Below are positions 31,506-40,283 of a stretch of 64,000 nucleotides of DNA, in pieces. Source of the stretch: Terriglobia bacterium (lineage in GTDB: Bacteria > Acidobacteriota > Terriglobia > 20CM-2-55-15); the NCBI GenBank assembly GCA_965198225.1, contig CBDAOY010000007.1, positions 736,001-800,000 on the forward strand. Direction: 5' to 3'. The position numbers and the translations under genes were made by a program. The stretch's first letter is position 1. Each line of letters begins with the position of its first letter. The notes under the pieces are model-generated. The model did not search any database. It was not told the origin of the DNA and worked only from the letters and a program-made list of their open reading frames with translations.

Positions 31506-32582
31506 TTACTGCCATTCCTCCGGCGGGTTCTTCAGCAGCGGACGGAATTTGTTCTTGTCGTTGGCCTTGTCGTAGGCGTCTTCGGGGCTGATCATCTTCT
31601 TGTTCAGCATGTCCATAATCGCGTCGTCGAGCGTCTGCATCCCGTACTTCTTTCCCACCTGCAGCATGCCGGGAATCTGGAACGTCTTGGCTTCACGGAT
31701 CAGATTCGATATGGCCGGGGTTACCACCAGGATCTCGAGAGCCGCCGCGCGTCCCTTCTTGTCGATGCGCTTGAAGAGGTTTTGTGCCACGACGCCCTTG
31801 AGAGCTTCCGACAAAGTATTTCGGATCTGGTTCTGCTGGCCGGCCGGAAACACGTCGATGACACGGTCGATGGTCTTCGGGGCACTGGGCGTATGCAGGG
31901 TTCCGAAAACGAGGTGGCCGGTTGCAGCCGCCTCGAGGGCCAACTGGATGGTTTCCAGGTCGCGCATCTCGCCGACCAGGATGATGTCGGGGTCTTCGCG
32001 CAGCGCCCCGCGGAGCGCCGAGGCGAACGACTTCGTGTGCATGCCCACTTCTCTGTGGTTGACCAGCGAACTGTGGCTCTGGTGGACGAACTCGATCGGG
32101 TCCTCGACGGTCAGGATGTGATCCTTTCGGTTCTTGTTCGAGTAATCGACGATCGCCGCCAGGGTCGTCGATTTGCCGCTACCGGTCGGCCCGGTCACCA
32201 GGACCAGGCCGCGGTGCAACATCGCGAATTTCGTGAGAATTGGGGGAAGACCCAGCTGATCGGCGGTCAGGATCGTGGATGGAATCTGACGAAAGACGGC
32301 GGCGACACCGTATTTCTGGTTGAAGAAATTGGCACGGTATCGGGCCGTACCCGGGATCTCGTAACCGAAATCCACGTCGCCGGTTTCTTCGAAAATCTTG
32401 ACCTTGAACTCGGGTGCGATCTCATAGAGCATCGCCTTCAACTCGTCGCTGTCCAGGGGGTCGTACTTGACCCGTTCCAGTTCTCCCCGAACCCTCAGGA
32501 TGGGTTGCGACCCCGACACCAGGTGGAGATCCGACGCGCCTGTTTCATCCATCAAGTGAAAAAAAGCATCGATCTTGGCCAT
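31506..32582 (-). CDS. pilT: Twitching motility ATPase PilT
   Basis: GPTGSGKSTT, EDPIE, GEMRD, AISNLIRE (AIRNLIRE-like), GMQTLD. Confidence 0.94.
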   Translation of the reverse strand: MAKIDAFFHLMDETGASDLHLVSGSQPILRVRGELERVKYDPLDSDELKAMLYEIAPEFKVKIFEETGDVDFGYEIPGTARYRANFFNQKYGVAAVFRQIPSTILTADQLGLPPILTKFAMLHRGLVLVTGPTGSGKSTTLAAIVDYSNKNRKDHILTVEDPIEFVHQSHSSLVNHREVGMHTKSFASALRGALREDPDIILVGEMRDLETIQLALEAAATGHLVFGTLHTPSAPKTIDRVIDVFPAGQQNQIRNTLSEALKGVVAQNLFKRIDKKGRAAALEILVVTPAISNLIREAKTFQIPGMLQVGKKYGMQTLDDAIMDMLNKKMISPEDAYDKANDKNKFRPLLKNPPEEWQ

Positions 32583-32777
32583 TTGTTCCTTTCCTGCTTA
32601 TCGACCCAAACCCGAAGTCACCGACTTGACGGCGGGTTCTTCGGCGGATCGCCGGCTATAATCGAAAAACCGGTTTCGATACCAGATCCGAAAACAATTC
32701 GGTGTCGGTTATTATATCGAGTGGACGGTTCGTCGGAAGTATTTAACAGTTCGTTCCGCCAAAAAACTCAACTGTCT

Positions 32778-33284
32778 ATGGATCATCTGCCCACCGGTAG
32801 CACAGCGCCCGATTTCGAACTGCAAACGCTGGAGGGGCAGAGCCTGCGCCTTTCCGAAGCACTCGAGAGCGGGCCGGTGATGGTGGTCTTCTACAAGCAA
32901 TCGTGTCCAACCTGCCAGCTGACCTTTCCCTTCATCCAGCGCCTCTTTGCTACTGCCGGCGCCGGTTCAGAGGTGAGGATCTGGGCTATCTCTCAAGACG
33001 CAGTGGAGGAAACACGGGCATTCGTCGGGGAGTACGGTCTCGAGTTCCCGGTCCTGCTCGACGCGCACCCCTATCCGGTATCGTCGGACTACGAGTTACG
33101 CTTCGTTCCGACGTTCTACCTCGTCGATGGAGACCAGACGATTCAGGTAGCGGATTTCGGTTTCAGCAAACCGACGTTGAGCTCCATCGCCAGACGGTTG
33201 AAGTTGGAGGATGACGGCGCGCTTTTCGGGGAGGACTACCAGAGTCTGCCCGACTACCGGCCGGGTTGAGGCGCGAAGAACTGA
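32778..33284 (+). CDS. AhpC/TSA (TlpA-like) redoxin, probable selenoprotein (UGA at 33267-33269)
   Basis: APDFEL, CPTC, VPT; RPG-TGA-GAKN-TGA with a downstream hairpin. Confidence 0.8.
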
Positions 33285-33361
33285 CGCCGGTCGGCGCTGT
33301 TGATTGAAGGCCAGGTAGCGGGCCGTGACAGCGGTGGTTTGAGACAGGACACAAAGGAGAC

Positions 33362-33799
33362 ATGATGCAACAAGCGACATACGAGGATGCACAACTCGTT
33401 CTGCGGCTTTATGAACTTCGGAGGGAAGAAAAGCTGCGGGCGGCTCGAGCGTGGTTTACCGGCACCCTTTCTGCAACCACCCTGGACGAATTGAACGAGC
33501 AATGTACGCCAGGAAGCGACGAGCACGCCTACTTCCGAATGGTGACCACCTATTGGGACATGGCGGCTTCCTTTGTGACGCAGGGGATCCTCCACGAGGG
33601 TTTGTATATTCAGGCCTCAGGTGAAGGACTGTTCGTCTGGGAGAAGATTCGCCCGTTCGTCGAGGATCTGAGGGCAGCCTTCAAGAGTCCGGTGTTCTTG
33701 AAGAACCTGGAGACCGTGGCCGGTAAGCAGATCGCCTTCATGGAAGAAAACGCACCCGGCGCCTATGAAGCCATGCAGGGAAGGATACGGGGCGAGTAA
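33362..33799 (+). CDS. Conserved hypothetical protein (DUF4760-like)
   Basis: AAGGAG RBS; DAQLVLRLYELRRE..YFRMVTTYWDMAAS. Confidence 0.8.
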   Translation: MMQQATYEDAQLVLRLYELRREEKLRAARAWFTGTLSATTLDELNEQCTPGSDEHAYFRMVTTYWDMAASFVTQGILHEGLYIQASGEGLFVWEKIRPFVEDLRAAFKSPVFLKNLETVAGKQIAFMEENAPGAYEAMQGRIRGE

Positions 33800-33905
33800 A
33801 GGCACATCTATCGCAGATTGGTCATTGGACGAAACGACAGGAAGTGGAAGAAGGCAGATTGCTCGATTTAGTCCGATTGAGCTGAAGCCGATTGCTGACT
33901 GCTAA

Positions 33906-34241
33906 TCAGCCGCTCTGCTTCTCTTTACAATCGATACAGACTCGGGTCCACGGAACAGCATCCAGGCGTACGGACGCGATCGGCTCCTCGCAGTCCATGC
34001 AGATGCCGTAGGTGCCCTGGTCGACCCGTTGCAGGGCTTCGTCGATCGCTCGGAGCAGCTTCGTGTCGGTCTGCTTCAAGGCGAGGTTGACATGGATATC
34101 GTTCTCCTGGCTCGAGTGATCGACCCAGTCGCCGGTTCTGAGCCCTTCGTCGACCGCGGTCGTACGCTCTGGCGCTTCCACGATCTCCTGCTTTTTGGTG
34201 AGAAGCACGTCTTTGTATCTTTTTAGTTCAGTAGCACGCAT
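33906..34241 (-). CDS. TraR/DksA-family C4 zinc-finger protein
   Basis: ALQRVDQGTYGICMDC...RLDAVPW..CIDC. Confidence 0.92.
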   Translation of the reverse strand: MRATELKRYKDVLLTKKQEIVEAPERTTAVDEGLRTGDWVDHSSQENDIHVNLALKQTDTKLLRAIDEALQRVDQGTYGICMDCEEPIASVRLDAVPWTRVCIDCKEKQSG

Positions 34242-34629
34242 GAATCCGCCTCGACTTTCTCTGATCACGCTTCGAAGGGTGCCGTAAACGATCAATTTTA
34301 TCACCAAGGAAGCGGCTGTGCAAAGACCCGCGCTTTGATCCCGAACAGCTCGTGGTCGAGTCGGAAGTCGTACGGGGTAGGGAGAGCGTGCGTGCTTTTC
34401 GAGAGTTTCGTGTCGGGGTTCTAGGTCGGGTCGCGTTCTCGATTATTTTTTGCCCCTTTCGGAACCCGCTGAAGAACTGTCTGCGATTTATCACGTTCGC
34501 AGGCCCGCGGTCACGCGGTTCGGATGCTTATCATATAATAGCCGTCACAGCGGGGAACGCGTCGGTGTTGTGGCGCCTGTACGCTGCGAGGGTCCTAACG
34601 CCGACATTTCTCGTCAAGGAGATCGACCG

Positions 34630-35292
34630 ATGTCCGACGCCGCAGTTTTCTTGGATGAACTCGACCGGAATATCGAGCGGACCATGACTGGCCTCGATGT
34701 CCTCAAAGATCCCGAGCCCAGCCTGGCGGGAAGCGACGAGGTGGTTCGACGATTGAAAATGGCATTGAAGAACGAGTTGGAGGCTGCCGAGTTGGCCGCG
34801 CTCTGGATGCCGACGACACCGGAGGTGGACATCAAGCTCGGGCTGGCGCGCCAGGCCGGCGACGAGGCCCGCCACTACCACCTGATCGAGGAGCATATGT
34901 CGGAACTCGGCGTCGAGCTCGATGGCTTCGATCCGCTCGAGGGCGGCTACGGGCCGATGTTCCAGCTTCTCAGTGGATTCAGCTCGACGGTCGAACGTGT
35001 GGCAGGAGCGCAGTTGACACGCGAATCGCTGGCGCTCAAGAAGAACGAACAGTTCATCGAGTTCTGCGACGCGGTCGGCGCTCCCGAGACTGCGACGCTC
35101 TACCGCGAGCGCATTCAGCCCGACGAGGAGTGGCATGTACGACTCGGGCGCCAGGCGCTCGGTCGCTATGCGGTCACGCCGGAGCTTCGGGAGGCCGCGA
35201 AGAAAGCTTCCGAGGCGGTTCTCGAACTGGCTGTCAAGATCCAGAAGAAACAGCTTCACGAGATGAAGACCAGTCATGCTCCCGGTTGCTAG
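34630..35292 (+). CDS. Ferritin-like (di-iron) domain protein
   Basis: NELEA, DEARH, DEEWH (ExxH pairs); C-terminal PGC. Confidence 0.82.
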   Translation: MSDAAVFLDELDRNIERTMTGLDVLKDPEPSLAGSDEVVRRLKMALKNELEAAELAALWMPTTPEVDIKLGLARQAGDEARHYHLIEEHMSELGVELDGFDPLEGGYGPMFQLLSGFSSTVERVAGAQLTRESLALKKNEQFIEFCDAVGAPETATLYRERIQPDEEWHVRLGRQALGRYAVTPELREAAKKASEAVLELAVKIQKKQLHEMKTSHAPGC

Positions 35293-35492
35293 TGGCCTGA
35301 TCATCAGCATTCAGCTTCTGGCCAGGAAACCGACCACGGAGGCTCTTTTTTCCGAAGCTGAAGGCTGAAAGCTGATGGCTGCTTGCCACTGCAAGTCGCC
35401 TTCCGGTAGGATAGGGATGTACCAATACGAGACCATCATTCTCGAAACCGACAGCTCGAAACCGACGCAACATAGCTTCCGGTAGGATAGGG

Positions 35493-36287
35493 ATGTACCA
35501 ATACGAGACCATCATTCTCGAAACCGACAGCTCCGTCGCGACCATCACGCTGAACCGGCCCGACAAACTGAATGCAATCGGAGGGCCGATGAGGGAAGAG
35601 ATCAGGGACGCTTTGGAGCGGATCGAGGCGGACCCGGAACTGCGGGTGTGCGTCCTGACTGGCGCCGGGCGTGGCTTCTGTGCCGGAGGGGACATCGACA
35701 ATCTCAAGAGATTGCGCGAAGAAGGTGACGAGCAGGGCTTTCAGGAGATTTTGGCCAAGGGCAAAGGCGTTAGCCGATACATTCGGTCCATGTCCAAGCC
35801 GGTCATCGCCGCGGTCAACGGGCCCTGCGCGGGTGCCGGCTTCAGTCTGGCCCTGTCTTGCGATATGCGGATAGCGTCGGCGGAAGCTTCCTTCGGGCCG
35901 AGCTTTGCGCGGATAGGCTTGCACCCGGACTGGGGCGGCAGCTGGCTGCTGCCGCGTTTGATCGGGACAGCCCGGAGCTGCGAGCTCGTCTTTACCGGAA
36001 ACATGATCTCGGCTTCCGAGGCGGGGCGGATCGGACTGGCCAATCGCGTGGTTCCCCATGGCGAACTCCTTTCTACGGTGGGCGAACTTGCACGGGCGAT
36101 GGCTCGCAATCCCCCCGGTGTCCTCCGGCTTGCGAAACAATCGATCTACGGAAGCCTGACGTCGGACTTTGAGGCGGCGGCCGCCGCAGAGACCGAAGCG
36201 CAGATGGAATGTTTCCGGAGTAACGACTTTCTGGAGGGCGTCACGGCCTTCCTCGAGAAGAGGAAACCGAAGTTCTCGGGACGATGA
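35493..36287 (+). CDS. Enoyl-CoA hydratase/isomerase (crotonase family)
   Basis: LNRPDKLNA, FCAGGD, AVNGPCAGAG, GLHPDWG, FLEKRKP. Confidence 0.93.
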   Translation: MYQYETIILETDSSVATITLNRPDKLNAIGGPMREEIRDALERIEADPELRVCVLTGAGRGFCAGGDIDNLKRLREEGDEQGFQEILAKGKGVSRYIRSMSKPVIAAVNGPCAGAGFSLALSCDMRIASAEASFGPSFARIGLHPDWGGSWLLPRLIGTARSCELVFTGNMISASEAGRIGLANRVVPHGELLSTVGELARAMARNPPGVLRLAKQSIYGSLTSDFEAAAAAETEAQMECFRSNDFLEGVTAFLEKRKPKFSGR

Positions 36288-36312
36288 CTAGTGATCTGTT
36301 ACAGGCCACTAA
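36288..36312. repeat. Collapsed family D TIR palindrome
   Basis: CTAGTGATCTGTTACAGGCCACTAA, i.e. both TIR tips fused. Confidence 0.7.
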
Positions 36313-36353
36313 GCTCGAACGGGCTTGACTGCGATGCGTGATAGAATTTCCTC

Positions 36354-36863
36354 ATGAAGCGCCTGTTCGTGCTCCCGCTGCTCGTCGCGCTCGCGTCGTG
36401 TAACCAGAATATGGAAGCCGTGAGCACTGGAGAGCGTCTGGAGGACGCCCCGCCAATCGAGGCCTCCCCTGGTCCCTCTGCAGCATCCGCCCCCTTCGCC
36501 GGGATGGAGGGAGACGGGGCGCCGCCGTTCGTCAAAGCCTTCTTTATGCACACCTGGGTCGAAGCACTCTACAGCACACCGGCAAACCAAAACCCCAATC
36601 CCGACTGGAGTTCCCCCCTTCTCGACCCGGTCGACGGGCGTGTCTGGTGTACCGACTGTCACGTCTCCGGGCAGGTGGACTTTGGACGCATCCCCAAGCA
36701 GCGCGTTCCCATGGTCGACGACTATGAAAGCGATCACGAGTTCATGGTCGAGTTGATGCAGAAGTGGGTCGGCCGCCTCAACAGCGATGAGTACGGCGCC
36801 CGGGCCAAACTGACCGGCCCCGTCGACTGCTTGACCTGTCACGCCACCGACCCCCGCGACTAG
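36354..36863 (+). CDS. Diheme c-type cytochrome lipoprotein
   Basis: Lipobox LASC; CTDCH and CLTCH. Confidence 0.82.
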   Translation: MKRLFVLPLLVALASCNQNMEAVSTGERLEDAPPIEASPGPSAASAPFAGMEGDGAPPFVKAFFMHTWVEALYSTPANQNPNPDWSSPLLDPVDGRVWCTDCHVSGQVDFGRIPKQRVPMVDDYESDHEFMVELMQKWVGRLNSDEYGARAKLTGPVDCLTCHATDPRD

Positions 36864-36900
36864 CATCCGCCGAAAGCCGTTCGATTTCGCTAGATTCTTT

Positions 36901-37080
36901 TCAACACGAAGACACGAAGTTCACGAAGAAAACAGAAATATCTGGTCTTCTTCGTCTTGCTCAGTCAACAGGAAGGCCGGTTCTTTCACGGCTACTACCG
37001 CACTATTGCTATCTCTTTTCAATACGAAGACATCTGAAGTGCGCGCGGCTCACGAAGTCCTTCGTGCCTTCGTGTTGAGA
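36901..37080. repeat. Inverted CACGAAG arrays, family E
   Basis: tcaacacgaagacacgaagttcacgaag ... cttcgtgccttcgtgttga; similar at 60303-60385. Confidence 0.7.
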
Positions 37081-37120
37081 ATGCCGGATATTTCCGTGAT
37101 CGGAGAGTTGGGGTAGGCCG

Positions 37121-38419
37121 CTAGATAACCGTGCGGGGGGGGATGACGGCGTTCTTCGGGACGATCACGATGCCGTCGCGGATCGCGAAGCCGTCACCGT
37201 CCGCTTCCTGAACTCCTGATTCGTTGAGGATCTTCACGTCGCTGCCGATGTGGGTGTTCTTGTCGATGATGGCACGCCGGATGACGGAGTTCTCTCCGAT
37301 CCCGATGTCTGGAACATCGAGCCGCCGGTTGTGGTCGAGGTCCTCTTCGTCCTCGTAGAAATCGGCACCCATCACCAGGGCTTCTTCCAGGATCACGCCC
37401 GAACGGACGACGCTGCGTATTCCTACGATCGAGTTTGCCACGCGCGCGGCGCTCAGGATCGATCCTTCCGAGAGGATAGATTCGGTTACATCGCATTGAT
37501 CAACCCGAGACGGCGGCAGGAATCGAGCCCTCGTGAATATCGGGGAGCTCATGTCGTGGAAGTTGAAGTGTTTCCTCGATCGGGTCAGGTCGATGTTGGC
37601 CCGATAGAATGCCCCGATCGTCCCCAGGTCCTCCCAGTATCCTTCAAACAGGTAGCCCCGGACGTCGTACCGCTCGATCGCCCGCGGGATCACCTGGTGA
37701 CCGAAGTCGTTCATCGATTCGTCGGATAGGATTTCTTCGAGGACCTTCCTGTTAAAAAGATAGATTCCCATCGATGCGAGGTACGGACTCTCGGTGGCTT
37801 TGGCGGGCGAGAAACCGAACGCGGTCGTGTCGGTCCGCATCTCCTGGAGTTCGGCGCCGGTCGGTTTTTCGCGAAACTGTTCGATGCGAGCCCAACGGTC
37901 GAGTTTCAGCAGACCGAACGAGGATGCGGATGCTTCCTCGCGAGGAATCACGCAGACAGTGACGTCGGCCCGTGTTTCCCAGTGTTCTCGCAGCAGGCCC
38001 TGGTAGTCCATGCGGTAGAGCTGGTCGCCGGCCAGGACGAGTTGGTAGTCGGCATCACGATCGGTGAAGCGATGCAGGTGCTGCCGGACGGCATCGGCCG
38101 TTCCCTGAAACCAGTTCACGTTCCCCACAGTCTGCTCGGCTGCTAGAACTTCGACGGCTCCGCCCGCAAAGGAGTCGAAATTGAAGCTGGCGGTCACGTG
38201 CCGGTTTAGGGATGCAGAGTTGAACTGGGTCAGGACGAAGATCTTTTTCAGCCCCGAATTGATGCAGTTGCTGATCGGAATATCGATGAGCCGGTATTTC
38301 CCGCCGAGCGGCACGGCAGGTTTCGAACGATCCTGTGTCAGAGGAAAAAGGCGCTTGCCAGCTCCGCCGGCGAGGATGATCGAGGTAACATGTGCAGGTG
38401 TCTGACGGCGCTTGGGCAC
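37121..38419 (-). CDS. glgC: Glucose-1-phosphate adenylyltransferase
   Basis: LAGGAGKRLFPLT..RSKPAVP, WFQGTADAV, FREKP, SMGIY, YWEDLGT. Confidence 0.96.
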   Translation of the reverse strand: MPKRRQTPAHVTSIILAGGAGKRLFPLTQDRSKPAVPLGGKYRLIDIPISNCINSGLKKIFVLTQFNSASLNRHVTASFNFDSFAGGAVEVLAAEQTVGNVNWFQGTADAVRQHLHRFTDRDADYQLVLAGDQLYRMDYQGLLREHWETRADVTVCVIPREEASASSFGLLKLDRWARIEQFREKPTGAELQEMRTDTTAFGFSPAKATESPYLASMGIYLFNRKVLEEILSDESMNDFGHQVIPRAIERYDVRGYLFEGYWEDLGTIGAFYRANIDLTRSRKHFNFHDMSSPIFTRARFLPPSRVDQCDVTESILSEGSILSAARVANSIVGIRSVVRSGVILEEALVMGADFYEDEEDLDHNRRLDVPDIGIGENSVIRRAIIDKNTHIGSDVKILNESGVQEADGDGFAIRDGIVIVPKNAVIPPRTVI

Positions 38420-38471
38420 GGGTGATCATCATACCACCCCATCTTTCGTGAGGAGTTTTCCTGCCCGCGAA

Positions 38472-38761
38472 CTAGTGGCCTGTAACGGAGATATCGGCAC
38501 CATCGCCGATGGGTCTTGCCAGTCGAGGTCGAGGAGAGAGGAGGAATTGATGCGGTTTCCCAAAGAGTTTCATCATGACGACGAACGACAAAGAGATCGA
38601 CGGCAACCCCCATCGGCCCGGAGGGTTGCGGCGGAACGGTCGGGTCTTTGTTGCCGCTACCATTTCATTGTAAGACCCGCTTCTCACGGGTTGTCGGCTT
38701 CTAGAATCCGGTGCCGTTCCACCGCAACGCTGGTACCGATATCTCCGTTACAGGCCACTAG
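38472..38761. mobile_element. MITE-like TIR element, family D copy 2 (core reversed)
   Basis: 31-bp TIR CTAGTGGCCTGTAACGGAGATATCGG(C/T)ACCA with 1 mismatch; CTAG at both ends. Confidence 0.8.
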
Positions 38762-38989
38762 GGTGCCATCGATCCTGGGTTAGATACCCGGTTGCCCCAA
38801 GCTATTGCAGATTGGTCATCGGACGAATCCCCATCATTGGAAGTTGGAGGTTGGAAATTGCTCAAGTTGTTATTGATCGGAGGCTTCGAGCAGTCTTTCT
38901 GTTGGTTCTCAATTTGAAATGTAGCAATTTCCGATGAAACAACCTGCAATGCGGATTATTCAGACATCGCGATTTGCAATTGGATCCAA

Positions 38990-39033
38990 GAAAATGAAGG
39001 CGGCAACGCCATTACAAGGGGCTGCCGCCTTCA
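38990..39033 (-). terminator. Intrinsic terminator-like hairpin downstream of TPR gene
   Basis: TGAAGGCGGCA...TGCCGCCTTCA stem followed by TTTTCTT on the minus strand. Confidence 0.6.
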
Positions 39034-39057
39034 GGGTTCCTGCTGTGAATGAATGAG

Positions 39058-40107
39058 CTAGCGGACGCCGAGTTCGGCTCTCTTTTCCTCGATCAACTCG
39101 TCGAGCCCGTCCAGAGAGTCATCGTTCTTGCGCCGGTAGAGTCTCTCGAGCTCTACACGTGCGAGGTTTCCCGCCTGTCCCCCGAGCGCGACGGCTTTGG
39201 CGAATGAATCGATGGCGAGATCCATCTCCCCGAGCACCTCCCCTTCGAGCGCTTCGCGTCTGGCGACGAGTTGATCCAGTACCGCTTGTTCAGCCTGGTT
39301 GGTCTTGGCTTCGTTTTCTTCCGCGACCGCGTCCACGACCAGAGCCGACTTTCCGGCGGCCTCGTACTCATACGAGAGACCCAGTTGCAAGTGGGCAAAC
39401 GGATCCCTCCGGTTGTACCCGATGACTCTCTTGTATTCCTCCGCGGCCTGCGCGTAGTCGCCGCGCGTGTAGTGGACGACTCCCAGCGTCATGTAGATTC
39501 TCGAGAACACGGCCATTCGCTGCGTATCCCACTGCGCATCGGTCAGGTTCTCGGGTTTGCTTCTTAGGGCTTGTTGCGCCTGAACCCGGGCGCGGTTGGC
39601 GAGCTGAAACGCCCGGCCCAGGGAGCGTTCCTTCTCAGCATCGTCGGTCGGGAGGGTGTCGGTGATCACCGTCGACAGCGTCAACAGTGCGCCGAGGTTG
39701 TTCCGATCCACCTGGAGGACCTTCTCCCCAAACTCGACAACTTTCGCGGCGTCCCGTCCCTGCTCTGCGGCGGCCATCGCTCGTTGGTACATGAAGCCTT
39801 TCACGGTAGAGTCGGCATCGGGAACGGTCTGATCGAACCGGTCGGCCGTCTCGACCACTTTCCGCCAGTTCCTGGCGCCCACATAGGCATTGCTGAGGAG
39901 TTGGAAAGCTGCCGGGATGAAGTCCGAATCGCTGTAGTCGTTCAGGAAGGCTTCGGCGAGTTGAGCCTTACGTTCCGGCTGCTGCTCGTCGTACATTGCC
40001 TTGTATGCGTCGTATTCGGCTTTCGACTTGGCCTGCTGGGCTCGGGCCGGTGTACCGAACAGCAACGTGGCAATCAGGGCGAGCCCGACATATGCGCTTC
40101 TGTTCAT
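39058..40107 (-). CDS. Secreted TPR-repeat protein
   Basis: Signal peptide MNRSAYVGLALIA.., helical TPR-like repeats. Confidence 0.8.
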   Translation of the reverse strand: MNRSAYVGLALIATLLFGTPARAQQAKSKAEYDAYKAMYDEQQPERKAQLAEAFLNDYSDSDFIPAAFQLLSNAYVGARNWRKVVETADRFDQTVPDADSTVKGFMYQRAMAAAEQGRDAAKVVEFGEKVLQVDRNNLGALLTLSTVITDTLPTDDAEKERSLGRAFQLANRARVQAQQALRSKPENLTDAQWDTQRMAVFSRIYMTLGVVHYTRGDYAQAAEEYKRVIGYNRRDPFAHLQLGLSYEYEAAGKSALVVDAVAEENEAKTNQAEQAVLDQLVARREALEGEVLGEMDLAIDSFAKAVALGGQAGNLARVELERLYRRKNDDSLDGLDELIEEKRAELGVR

Positions 40108-40283
40108 GCTCAGAGTCAACCTCCTAGTGGCGTTGGGGGGACAACGCCACGGTTTCTCAAACAGCAGAAATTCTATTAGTTTTTGACGTCCCAGGCCATA
40201 GTTCGGGACCAGGCAATAATTACCGACCCGACCGCTCCGGTCCCGAGCATGGGCCCGACTGCGTCCCAATCCCCGAAGCCACT

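Noticed and set aside
31485-32777. N-terminal 431 aa of the 594-aa ORF as a fusion to the redoxin
   Set aside because: Mostly antisense to pilT; the real gene starts at ATG 32778
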